A DNA stretch of 64,000 nucleotides from the human T2T-CHM13v2.0 reference genome, Homo sapiens. Made by a program: the position numbers and the translations under genes. The stretch's first letter is position 1. Every line of letters begins with the position of its first letter. A model generated the notes under the pieces. The model did not search any database. It worked only from the letters and a program-made list of their open reading frames with translations, and was not told the origin of the DNA. The stretch is taken from assembly GCF_009914755.1 (NCBI RefSeq), contig NC_060938.1. The stretch is one strand, 5' to 3'. Positions 28,051 to 39,929 of this stretch are shown here, piece after piece.

Positions 28051-29178
28051 AGATGAATCTGAAAGTACCCTCCTAGGATAGCCATGCCCTAGAAGAAAAA
28101 AAAAGGCAGCTATTCATTGTGATGCATGACTTCAAAATGTAGTTAATAATTGTGCAAGTCAGCTGGCTCTTTTGAACAATCTCCATGCAATTGCCAATAA
28201 TCTATCACCGTAATACACTTTTCATATGTTGAATTTGTCCACCACTATTGTAAATTGTTAGCATTATATTTTTACAACTTACTATGCCACGTGGTCTATC
28301 TTCATATCATTTCCCATATTGGAAGTATAAATTGTGTGGTAAAGACTTTTAAAGAGTTATAATTTGTTTTATGCCGTTTTTGTTAATTTGACTCCATGAA
28401 AGTGCATTATTTCAAAACTGACTTTGTGTGTAAGCATTGTGCTTGTACCTAAAAATGTTGAAACTTCCCTGATAAATGAAGAGATGTGTTTTCTGTACAT
28501 CTGCATTTGTGAAGGGTAAAATTTCTTGAGATCTCATCTCCTTCAGCAAACCCATATGCAGTGGTGACTCACCTTGGTTCAGATCCATCTTGTCAAAAGA
28601 CCCAGGTATTTCATCATGATATTTCAGATGACTGCAGTTATAAAGCTGGGTACCCACAATTACCAATCATAGTGGCATGTATTTATACATTTGCTTTTTG
28701 ACCTATTTCTTTATGAATATGGTTCACTGCTCATAAATGTTATACATGTGTCATTAGTATACCTGAGTGTTTATGCTTGCAAAATTACGCATGTTATTTT
28801 TATGCATGTTATGCCTATTTTATTGTGTAAAGTAGCCTATGATGTGTTGTCCTGCTTTTATACTTTTCTCAAATAAATTTCCTTTGAAAATGTAAATAGA
28901 TGTATATTAAAGAAATTTTTAAAATACCTTTTCTGGAATTATATTTTGAGGATTTTGATCTTTTGGGATTTCAACATTGGGGTTTATGGTGTTTGGGATT
29001 GTGCCTTTTGGAATATGATCAAACCCACTGCTGGCACAACTCCATTTTGATTCAGTTGACTCTGAATCCCTGTGACCCGCAGTTCAGCTAAAGGCCATGT
29101 TTTATGTTTTTATATCCCACATTCTGTAGAGAAATATTCTCAAGTCATTTCTGATAAATATTTCTGAAAATTAACACA

Positions 29179-29309
29179 TTCAATTAGAGCATTCAACTGT
29201 TTGGATGAGGTCCACCCACATTATGGAAGGTGACATGTTTTACTAAATGTCTGCTGGTTTAAATGTTAATCTCATCTAAAAAAAAATTGTGGCTACACCT
29301 AGACTGGTG
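29179..29309 (-). mobile_element. Isolated MLT2 internal fragment (apparent copy of 31376-31517)
   Basis: TTCAACTGTTTGGATGAGGTCCACCCACATTATGG...TGTGGCTACACCTAGACTGGTG. Confidence 0.85.
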
Positions 29310-29699
29310 AATCTGATCTCGCTTTTATCTTACACCCAATTAGTCGTTCTCTTCTCCATGTCAGTGTAAGATCAGAAATCAATTCTTCTTCTGTGAATTC
29401 TCACTGAAAAACTCCCTAAGCAAGACATTTTTGGGTCTTGCAGACTTGACTCAAGATATGGGATATTTGAAGGATAGTACATTACAGTTTGTCTCTCTCC
29501 AGTCCCCCTCTAAATACTTTACACCTTTTCATTTTCCAACTTATCTACCTTCAGGCTTCACAGGAAATACAATTCTCAAATCTTATTACGCAGATTAGCT
29601 TAGTTTTGTACCATCCATGGCCTCAGGGCTTCCTCGAATATTCAAGATTCATTAAGAAGCTCTGAGAAAACATGAGTCCCTTTCTCCAACTTGAGAGAG

Positions 29700-29910
29700 G
29701 TGAATACAAGTTGTATGGAGCTTAAAGCTTAAAGGATTTTATGGGTCTTCTTTAAGAAAAATAGTTTTAGAAATATTACTTCTGCAAATTTTGTAAAAGC
29801 AGGAACATGCAAACACACTGTTAGATCCCTATTTCAAAGACCTTAGAAAGACTCATGCAAGTGAGGGGCCCTGAAGCTCAAATATCTTTTACTTCATGAT
29901 AAATCCTTCT
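29700..29910. mobile_element. Probable hAT-Tip100-type MITE
   Basis: TCTTTAAGAAAAA...TGCAAGTGAGGGGCCCTGAAGCT...TCATGATAAATCC resembles a remembered Tip100 MITE end. Confidence 0.5.
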
Positions 29911-30669
29911 TCATCCAAGTCCCACTTTTAGTTGAATAGAATAACTGGCAGAGGATTTGAAATTTCCAGCTGGTCCATATTCTTCCTTAAATAGTCTTTG
30001 GAAGTAAGGAGGGGTTAGTAGCATATTTATTTCCCCTGGGATATGAATTGTTATATATACTTTGGAAAGCAAACACCACTATGGTCAACATTGTTTCTAA
30101 ATTATTATGTTTCATTTGTCTTAGACCTCCATCCAATGACTTCTATATCCTTAAGCATAATAAAACAATTCAAAACCTGTCCTATTTTTTTGGCCAACTA
30201 CTTGGAAATTCCCCTAAGTATGGACGTGTACTTTTGATCTCTAAATCAATGTACATATCTGAAAAGGCACAGCCTATGAACATCTGCCCTCTATTGGAGC
30301 TTTGTAAATATTTTCTTGTATAAATATGAACATCTGATTTTGTCATGCCACAGACCTTACTTTGCTCCTGGACTTTCATGCTTTCCTCTGTGTTCCAAAG
30401 TTCCTGGGTAAGAATAAAATCTCCTCATGGACAAGAAGTACAGGGCTTCTCCTGACATGTTGATGAATTATCTTAAAAATTTAGCACAAATATTCTAATG
30501 GTCCTACCCTTTGAGGAAAGAGTTAATAGTGAATCACTCAGCAATTGATTAAATGTCTTTGATTACACTTTCGCCATTGCTCTGCCTTTCTCTTGGTTTA
30601 CCTAAACCAGTAAAATCAAAATGCATGTTTCTTCCTTTTATTAGCTGCCCCAGGGCTCATTACAGAGTC

Positions 30670-30900
30670 TCTGGTAATGTAACTAACATTGTACTGGGTA
30701 TCAGACACCTCCCGTTTCTGGTTCTGCTATTTTCTCCCTGTGAGAACTTGGAATGCCTGCTCCATTTTTTAATTAGGTCAAATGTATGTAATAATATTAA
30801 CTTTGTAGGCCTCAAAAAATTACTGTGAGAATCAAACTAGATAATTTATATGAATAATTTTAAATATCAGTGCTTTAACCTCACATGTAGAGTAGATATT
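30670..30900 (+). mobile_element. MIR
   Basis: CTGTGAGAACTTGG...TTACTGTGAGAATCAAACTAGATAAT. Confidence 0.5.
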
Positions 30901-31039
30901 TTTACATTTTTTCTCATTAATTCATTTTTGAATAGTTGATGCCAGTAGTTATTATAAACTGAAATTAAATAAAAAGATACATTTAAAAAATATCTCACTC
31001 TATATGTTCCCTGTACTCTATTTTTGTCTCCTATTCTTA

Positions 31040-31114
31040 TATATTAGTCAGTGTTCTCCAGAAAAACAGAACAAATAGGACAAGCATCTGTCTGCCTATC
31101 GCTATCTATCTATC

Positions 31115-31165
<51 letters not shown>

Positions 31166-31578
31166 ATCTCTCCCTCGCGCGCGTGCTCTCTCTATGCATC
31201 TATCTAATCTATTGATTTATTTTAAGGCATCAGTTCACTCAATTGCTGGCAAGTGTGAAATTTGCAGAACAGCCCAGCAGGCTGGAAATTCCAGAAAGAG
31301 TTGATGTTGCAACTCAACATTAAATCAAACATGATCTAGAGGCAGAATTCTTCCTCTTGTGGGAACCTCAGTCTTTTCAATTAAGGCATTCAACTGACTG
31401 GATGAGGTCCACTCACTTTATGGAGGGTGACATGTTTTACTCAATTAATGTTAATCATTTACTCATTTAAATGTTAATCCCACCTAAAAAACAACTGTGG
31501 CTACATATAGACTGGTGCTTGAACAAACAATAGGTTTCAAAGCCAAACGGGGCTGACATATAAAACTATCACACCATA
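31040..31578 (-). mobile_element. MLT2D-type ERVL solo LTR containing a (TATC)n STR (31103-31168)
   Basis: ATTAGTCAGTGTTCTCCAGAAAAACAGAAC...CAGCAGGCTGGAAATTC...GCTGACATATAAAACTA. Confidence 0.85.
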
Positions 31579-31584
31579 TATAAT

Positions 31585-32115
31585 TATTTTTTTAAATAAA
31601 ACTTTATTTTCAAATAGTTTTAGAAAAAAATGTATAGATAATACAGAGAGTGCCCATATACTCCACATTTCTATTATTAATATCTTACATTTGTATGGTA
31701 TATTTGTAGCAATTAACAAGCCAGTGTTGACACATTATTATTCAGTGAAGTCTGTACTTAATTCAGATTTCCTTAGTTTTACCTATGTCATTTTTCTGTT
31801 ACAGGATTCCATACCAGATCCCACACTGCGTTCAGTTATTGTATCTCCTTGGGCTCCTCTTGACTGTGAGTTTCTTAGATTTTTCTTGCTTTCCCATCTT
31901 GACAGTTTTTAGAAGTACTGGCCAGGTATTTTGTAGAATATACTCAGTTTAAATTTGTTTAATGTTTTTCCCTTGATTAAAAGGGGTTAATTGACTTTGG
32001 GGAGTAAGATCACAGAGATGAAGTGTGATTCTCATCATATCATATCAATGACACGTATTTGTCATATGACTTACCATGGTCAATATTAATCTTGATCAAT
32101 CAACCAAAGTAGTAC
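31585..32115 (-). mobile_element. L1MC/L1MD 3' end
   Basis: TACAGAGAGTGCCCATATAC...AGTACTGGCCAGGTATTTTGTAGAAT...GATCACAGAGATGAAGTG. Confidence 0.75.
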
Positions 32116-32239
32116 CTAAATTTTGTTTGACTTTTTTCTTGTATTCTTGGAGACCTATTCTATGAATATAATTGTTAATATGTGTAAACATGCATTTAAA
32201 TATATACATACATGTATTTTTATATGTATATATATGCAC

Positions 32240-33930
32240 TTATGTATTTTGCTTAATATATAATGGAGATTATGTTATACGATTATATTCAGAAAGGTAA
32301 GATCATTCCCAAGAGTTGTGTAATGTTCCATTGTATAGGTGAACTACTTTTTAAAACTAACCTTTATTGAAAGACATTAGCTTGTGATATGATTTGGCTC
32401 TGTGTCCCCACCCAAATTTCATCTTGAATTGTAATCCCCATAATCCCCACATGTTGAGGGCAAAAACTGGTGGGAGATGATTGGATCATGGGCACAGTCT
32501 CCCCCATGCTGTTTTTATGATAGTGAGTTTTCGTGAGATCTGGTTATTTGATGAGCGTGGGACTCTTCCCCCTTTGTGCACTTCTCTCTTGTTTTCTGCC
32601 ATGTAAGATATGCCTTTGCTTCTCCTTCACCTTCTGCCATAACTGTAAGTTTCCTGAGGCTTCTTCAGCCATGCAGAACTGAGTCAATTAACTTCTTTCA
32701 TTTATTAATTACCCAGTCTTGGGCATTTCTTTATAGCAGTGTGAAAATGAACTAACACAGCTTGTTTGCTGTTGTTGACTCATAAACAGTGATCCAATGT
32801 ACATCTTTATGTATACTGAGCTCATAGTAAAGAAAATCTGTAAGATAAATTCTGAGAAATAAAATCCTGTGTGCATTTTTAATTTGACAGATACAGCAAA
32901 ACTCCTTAAAAGTTATAACAATTTAGGTTCTATTTCTAAATTTCTATTTCCTCAGAAATTTGCCAATGCGGTATATTATCAGATTTTAAAAAATCATTTC
33001 TGACTTACTAAGTGAAAGTGCAGTATTTTATTGTAGTTAAAATTTGCAGTTCCAATAAATGAAGGCAAGTATCTTTCCATGTGTTTAAAAGACATTTGCT
33101 TTGTTTAATAATAAATATCCTGATCTTTTGCTCATTTTTCAGTTGAATTGTTGATAATTTTCTCATTAGTTGAACATAGAAAATCAGCTCATTACAACTT
33201 AATTTGTAAATATTCCCTAGTGTGTCTAATGCTTTGCTTTTTAAGGTCTGTTTTTAAATTCTATGGAGATTTTTTATGTATTTAAGTTCTTAAGATTTTT
33301 CTTTTATATTTTCTACATTTTACATTACACTTCGAATGGTCTTTGAATATTCCTTCTTATTTTTTCTTTTTAGTAGTTCAAACTTTAATCTGACCAGAAT
33401 TTATTTTGGAATAAGAAATGGGAAGGGATATGTTTCTCACCATAGATGGCTGCTTGATTGCTTATTAACTACTCCATCATTTCCCAATTGATATGCAATG
33501 TCAAATTTGTTTTATTATTTTTGACTCTATATTATGTTCCATAGTGTCTCTACCAGGCAGTTGTAATTTACCGTAGGTCTATAATATGCTTTGATATCTT
33601 TTGGGACTATTTCCCATATAGTTTTGAATATTTTAGGATTCTCCAGAACATAGTTATTTTTCACAATGTGTTTTACAATCAGATAGTATAGTTCTAAAAA
33701 AATAAAATTATGATAATGTTCCTTTCATTTATGCAAATTTTTTCTTTTGTGTATCATTTCTTCATGTAGTCTTCATGTATTCTGTATTTTTGTTGCTATG
33801 TAAACAAAATATTTTCTTCCATGAGATTTTTTTCAGCTGTTTCTAAATAGAAACTTCGTCAAATTTTACATAAAATATATAATCCCGTCAGATAAATTTC
33901 AGATTTACTTATCAATTATGATAGTTTGAC
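32240..33930 (-). mobile_element. Highly decayed L1ME-type fragment (host of the solo LTR)
   Basis: T-rich antisense L1 3'/ORF2 remnants. Confidence 0.55.
32385..32759 (+). mobile_element. THE1D/MSTA solo LTR
   Basis: TGATATGATTTGGCTCTGTGTCCCCACCC...ACTAACACA. Perfect TSD GCTTG at 32380-32384 and 32760-32764. Confidence 0.95.
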
Positions 33931-34149
33931 AAAATCACTTAGTGTCCTTTCCCATTTCCCTAAGTTACTTTTCAAAATACTATTCATTCTTCTCAAGCTG
34001 CTGACCCCACCTCTTTCTACCATGTTTTATTCCACTCTATACAGTCTCTATTTTGTTTCAATTTCCTATTCATTTTGTATTTCTCAGTTATCTTTAAACT
34101 TCTCACTTTTCTGTTATCGCTACTTGACATATATGATCCCTTTAAGACC

Positions 34150-34410
34150 CATCCATTCCTCGTATCCATCTTGAAAATTCCTACTAACCTTTAAGGAACA
34201 ACTTGAATTTAATTTCTTCTCTGTTACCCTTCCTAACCCTGGATCCAGGCAGAGTTAGAGCAACTGGCTCATCGCTTCATTCTAGTGTATATCATGTTGC
34301 ATTTAGTTATCTGTCTGTCTAGTTAAATATATATCCAGCAACAATTTAGTGATTTTTTCATATGAGAAGCTGAACAAGCACTGGCTGAGTGAAAGTTGAG
34401 TATTAATTTA
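34150..34410 (+). mobile_element. L2 3' fragment
   Basis: AAATTCCTACTAACCTTTAAG...CCTTCCTAACCC...CAGGCAGAGTTAG. Confidence 0.5.
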
Positions 34411-35684
34411 ATGAATACTTTTTTTTGTTACAAAAATCCTGCAATATTTAATTTTTGTTAAATATCTAGAAATTATGACATGAATATTAAATACTTATTC
34501 TGAATTTCTTGCGATTCTGCAGATTGAAAAAAACTGCTGTTATGTTTAAAATAAGTCAACAGCTGATTACTAACAACTGTAGAATATCTTGAAGCTAACC
34601 TTTCCTTAAAAAGAAAGATACTTATCCGTAATTTTTGCCCACTGTGGAAACTATAGATTTTTGTGTGCAAAGGCATTTATTTTTCATGGAAAAAATAACT
34701 TCATTTAACATGGTTAAAAAACAAAATCAAAGCTAGAATTTGTATTTACAGTTATTGCCTCAAACCTTAATCAAAAGCAACAGAGTTTTTTGTTTTGTAA
34801 TTTTAAGGCGAAAGTGTATGGCAAATCAAATAAATGTTTGATCATTCCATTTGCTTACACTGAATACATGAGGCCCTTCGATGTTTAGTACATAAGCGAA
34901 CAGATTTGCCAATCATGGAAGCAAAGGGGTCGGATAAAAGCTAAAGCATCAAATAGAATCTTAAATTTACTTTTAAAATATATATTACCTTAAAGAATCC
35001 AGATTCATAAAAAATACACATGGTGCCTTTCTTATTCTTTTCCAAAATCATATTCAGCTATGTAATATATTGTTAACAAACAGGCTAGTTTTATTTCCAG
35101 ACTAACACCCAAAATAAGATTCACCTGTGGCCTTTTAAAAATGCATATCTGAGTGAGTGCTTCACCTGAAACCTACCTGATCAGACTTTTTTGTTTTCAA
35201 AGTTTGGCACACAATGCCCTAGAGGTTCCCCATCACCAATGGCAAACATTGGCAAATGGCTTCTTTAACATTTGATAATCACAATTGACCTTTGATATGG
35301 AGGTTTATCACCGTGTTTTATTTGAGGCTAATGTTATCCATGAATCTCCAGTTACAGAACCTTTACTTTGTTAAAATTATCACAAAAAAGCCTGAGTATC
35401 AAAGAAGAAGTTTGAACAGCCGTCTCGAGGTCAAGGAAATAACATTAATTATGAAAGTACCTAACAGTATTTGGGCTCATACTAAAAGTCACATTTACAT
35501 ACTCCAATAACCTGATTATTAGCTAGTAGTATCTCAATTTTTAAGATGAAGAAATGATGCAAGGTGACTGATGTCATATAGCTATTAAGACCCTGTGCTG
35601 GGATTTGATCCCGAAGATTTGAACTCCAGAATCTACACTGGTCACCATCAATTGTCATGTATTAAATCCAGCCCCAGGGAGATA

Positions 35685-36070
35685 ATATTAGTTGGGGATA
35701 TATGATGATTTTATTTTTCTCTTCAGCTTGATATTGACTCTGTTTTTGGTTCTTCTTATTATTTGTGTACCTATGGAGGTGATAACAATGATAATAAATT
35801 CACCCTGATGTTACAGATACTTAAGGAGAAAATAAAAAGACCTTTATACTAGATCATTCAGTTAATTTTGTTTATAACAGAGATGGTTACCTACAGAGGG
35901 AAAGAGGAAGCCCTGTATATATGTATAAAAGGAAATAGGTGGTAAAAACTTCCAAGTCTGAGAGAGTGGTCAGAAATCTCTCCTATCGCTTTTGTTATTA
36001 TGCTATTTAATGTATGTGTTTCTTTACTTGTGGGTTGAAAAGGAATTGCGTGGATGAAATTTTTGAGCTT
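35685..36070 (+). repeat. Outer inverted repeat, left arm (A); partner 38525-38910
   Basis: Reverse complement of 38525-38910 aligns end to end, with about 44 differences in ~386 bp by manual count. Confidence 0.95.
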
Positions 36071-36300
36071 CTCATGGGTATACTAGATGTAGTGGTCTTT
36101 TTTCTCTTGGATACTATAAAGAGAAGGATAAAATGATAGCAAATGTGCACAAAATCAGTCACTAGCTCCATTGAAATGCAATTGATTCTGTTTTCATAAG
36201 AGATGTCACTATTTTAGCAGTCCTTCTTATGCTTATAAATGCACAGAATAATTTCTAAACAATACAACTTAAATATTTTCACACAAAATTGGAACATTTT
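36069..36300 (+). repeat. Inner inverted repeat, left arm (B); partner 37588-37820
   Basis: Reverse complement of 37588-37820 aligns with about 12 differences in ~232 bp. Confidence 0.97.
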
Positions 36301-37587
36301 CTTTTTTCCTCTGTTGATTAAACATCCAGTCAGAAGCAAGTGCTGATCTATAAAGGTAAGAAACCTCATCTGCAGTAGAGGAACAGACACGCTGAATAGA
36401 TTATGTGATTCTTCACAAAACGCCCCATGCTGCCTACATCACAGTCAGAAATCTTTCATTTTGGTTTTATATAAATATTCTAAATGGCCAGTACTTGATT
36501 TTTTTTAAGGAGCCCAATTATTCTTGAATAACAGCTGTGCAAGCTGTGAAGTAAGTAAATTAATCTTTTGAGCTTTTGGTAAAAGTGTAAGATCTTACAG
36601 TCAGCACGGAATATATACGGTTTTGTTCGTTGCTATAACATCCATGTGCTCTGGTCCATTTTAAGCAATGTTAAAAATGTGGTTATATTCCAAATTGGCT
36701 TTATGTCTTTTTCCCTTCAGCATCCATGTAAAATGAGCCCCTTATTTAGTGGAAATCTTCTTGTAGTCTGTGCTTTAGCTCAAGAAAAATAAAGAGCTTA
36801 TCTATCATTGGAAGTTGGGGTATTGAGGGTAGATGAAAGGCCAGCTGGCTCCAATTTTACCATATGCATCATTAAAATATTTGCTAGCTACAGAAACTTT
36901 TCCAGCAATCCTCTACTACTGGTTCACATACTGATCTGATATGTTAAAGCCGTTCATGGCTGGAGCTGCCAAAGCCCTCCACAGACATATGCAATGTACA
37001 CCAAGGATTACATCACCCGCCACTGAAGGGCAGCCACCTCCCTGATGAGACACAGACAACTGTGCATTTAATGGGGCATAGCAAGTATGTGCGATAGGTA
37101 TGATTTTCAGTCTGAGAGCTCAGGAAAGGAACTCAAGTTTAGAATAAATGTAAGCAATAGAATGAAATTGTTAGGATGCTTGAAGAAATAGTTTGATATA
37201 CTTTTTTTGGTAGTGGTGATTCTTGGATCATAAAAGTTACAAATTTTACCAAAGTGAGGTTTAATTAGTTAAAAAATTAAAAAATAATCATGCCAACTTT
37301 CATATAAGAATAAATGCAGGGAGTACAGAGACAGTGAGGGGGAAGAAAGGAGGCTGGAAATTTTATCTCATACATTAATTTCAGCACACACTTGATATCA
37401 TTCTCACACAGTATAGTAAATTTTCCTGACATCACGGTGAGTCACAGACAAGAACTGTCCAGATAATCTATTGGAAAGCTGAAAATGTGTTTAGGTAGGA
37501 AACATAATAACTTTTGTTTAGTAATCATGAATAGCTGTTTTTTGGAGTTATTTTTCCACCTTATTAATGAATGACCTCAGTTCACAT

Positions 37588-37820
37588 AAAATGTTCCAAT
37601 TTTATGTGAAAATATTTAAGTTGTATTGTTTAGAAATTATTCTATGCATTTATAAGCATAAGAAGAACTGCTAAAATAGTGACATCTCTTATGAAAACAG
37701 AATCAATTGTATTTTCAATGGAGCTAGTGACTGATTTTGTGAACATTTGCTATCATTTTATCCTTCTCTTTATAGTATCCCAGAGAAAAAAGGCCACTAT
37801 GTCTAGTATACCCACGAAAA
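37588..37820 (-). repeat. Inner inverted repeat, right arm
   Basis: AAAATGTTCCAATTTTATGTGAAAATATTTAAG...CTAGTATACCCACGAAAA = reverse complement of 36069-36300. Confidence 0.97.
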
Positions 37821-37898
37821 TAATGAACTCCCAGCTCTACTGAGGTATAATTAACAAAAATTGTGTATGTTTATGGTGTTAAATGTGATGCTTTGTTA

Positions 37899-38985
37899 TA
37901 TAGACCAAAAATAAAGTTAAGAGTTCTCCCCTCCCCAACCATCTGAATGGACTCCCTCCTCTAGGCCAGGGCACTCCAAAGTTAACCTGAAAAACTGATT
38001 CAGACCATGATGGGAAGCAAGGGGTGAGACATGCCTCATTATTCCCTCCTCCCTTTTGGAATACAGAAAAAGCCGACCACGTTTAACATCAACACAGACC
38101 GTAAGTCTGGTAAGGAACATTTATAATCCATCCTCTCTGAAGGCTGCTATCTGGTGGCTTCATCTACATGATAAAAGTTTGTTTCCCACAACCTGTTATT
38201 GCAACCCAGACACTCCTTTCTATTGATAATAACTCTTTCAACCAATTGCGAATCAGAACATTTTTAAATCTACCTGTAACCTGGAAGCCCCTTCTTCAAG
38301 TTGTCCTACCTTTCTGGACTGAAGCACTGCATATCTTAAATGTATTTGACTGATGTCTTATGTCTCCCTAAAATATGTAAAACCAAGCTGTGCCTCAACT
38401 ACCTTGGGCACGTACTCTCAGGGTCTCCTGAAAGCTGTGTAACAGGCCTCGATCACTCATAATTGGCTCAGAATAAATCTCTTCAAATATTTCAAAGAAT
38501 TTTTAAAAATACTAAAATATTTTAAAGCTCAAAAATTCCATCCACTCAATTCCTTTTCAACCTACAAGTAAAGAAACACATCCATTAAATAGCATAACAA
38601 CAAAATTTATAGGAGAGATTTCTGACTGCTGTATCAGACTTGGAAATTTTCACCACCTATTTACTTTTATATATATATACAGAGCTTCCCTTTTACCTCT
38701 GTTATTAACCATCTCTGCTATAAACATAATTAACTGGATGATCTAGCATAAAGATCTTTCTATTTTCTCCTTAAGTATCTGTATCATCAGGGTGAATTTA
38801 TTGTCATTGTTATTACCTCTGTAGACACACAAATAATAATAAGAACAAAAAGCAGAGTCAATATCAAGCTAAAGAGAAAAGAAAAATCATCATATATCCA
38901 CAACTAATATGAGAATTTTTAAAATATTTGAAGACATTTATTCTGAGCCAAATAGGAGTGACTATGGCCCATGGTATATATGACA
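37899..38985 (+). mobile_element. MER4(B)-type LTR with a ~480-bp foreign insertion near its 3' end
   Basis: TATAGACCAAAAATAAAG...CCAACCATCTGAATGGAC...GGCTCAGAATAAATCTCTTCAAATATTT (to ~38503). Probable terminal TGACA at 38981-38985. Flanks GTTA/GATA. Confidence 0.88.
38525..38910 (-). repeat. Outer inverted repeat, right arm (A'), inside MER4
   Basis: AAGCTCAAAAATTCCATCCACTCAATTCC...CATCATATATCCACAACTAATAT = reverse complement of 35685-36070. Confidence 0.95.
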
Positions 38986-39558
38986 GATATATGTATATAT
39001 TGTGAAATGATTAACACGATCAAACTAATTACCATATCAATCAGCACACACAGTTATGACTTTTTAGTATGTGTGATGAGAACATTGAAGCTACACTCTC
39101 TTACCAATTTTCAAGTGTGTAATACAGTATATTATTAACTATAGTCACCAGGCTGAACAGTAGATCTCTAGCATGTATTCATCCTATCAAACTGAAACTT
39201 TGTACCTTTTGATGAACATCTCCTCATTCCACAACTTACCCCACAAGCCCCGGGCTACCACCATTCTACTCTCTGCTTCTGTGAGTTTTTCAGATTCCAC
39301 AAACTGATGAGATTGTGCAGTGCTTTTCTTCTTTGACCTGGCTTACTTTATTTCACTTTGCATAGTATCTTCCAGGTTCACCTGTGTTGTCACACATGAC
39401 AGGATTTCCTTGTTTTTAAAGGCTGAATAGTATTTCATTGTGTGTATATACCCATTTTCTTTATCCATTCATCTATCCATGTTAATTCCATACCTTGGCT
39501 ATTGTGAATAATGCTGCAAAAAACATGGGTGTGCAGACGTCTCTTTGACACACTCTTC

Positions 39559-39929
39559 TGTGGTGAGCAGCTATATGCAAACATACTTCCAAAGGTCAAG
39601 GGAACTGAGAGGCCAAATAAAGAGTGTAACAAGTACAGTTTCTCAGAAAGAAACATTTAATAGGGACTTAGGAACAGAAGCCATATCTTGGGTGGCCATG
39701 AGACAGTAGACCCCTCATCTCTCCCTCCAGAAAATATCCTTTATAAGTTTTTTTGGTAAAGCATGCACCATGTCAGACTTTCTTGCATAATGTGTGACCT
39801 CTGAGGAGGTTAGATAAGCATTTTCATGAGGTGCTATCTATGGTACAGGCACTTTTTTGCAGAGTTTATTTTTTAGAGGTTATCTGTGCTGTGGACATTG
39901 TTTAAAGACCTTGCTGCAGTATGCAGGAA
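39559..39929 (-). mobile_element. LTR47-like LTR fragment
   Basis: TGTGGTGAGCAGCTATATGCAAAC...CTGAGAGGCCAAA...AGAAAGAAACATTTAATAGGGACTTA. Family name from memory. Confidence 0.55.

Larger units (their letters stand above)
25951..29026 (+). mobile_element. Ricksha (MULE/MuDR) DNA transposon with both termini
   Basis: Right TIR GGATTTTGATCTTTTGGGATTTCAACATT...GGGATTGTGCCTTTTGGAATATGATCAAACCC and degenerate left TIR ...GAAAGACACAATCC...CCCAAATGTTTAAATC. Degenerate 10-bp TSD ACTCTTGGCC/ACTGCTGGCA. Internal ERVL/MLT2B piece and MULE transposase remnants. Confidence 0.88.

Noticed and set aside
37017-37034. CTCF-like CCGCCACTGAAGGGCAGC in the spacer
   Set aside because: The core AG is replaced by GA. 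Too weak to call without ChIP data.
36069-37820. Inner inverted repeat as TIRs of a DNA transposon
   Set aside because: No TSD and no known TIR signature or transposase in the spacer. The left arm is contiguous with a second duplicated block.
27320-38985. Two MER4 LTRs as the ends of one provirus
   Set aside because: Opposite orientation, different subfamily ends, and the first has its own TSD.
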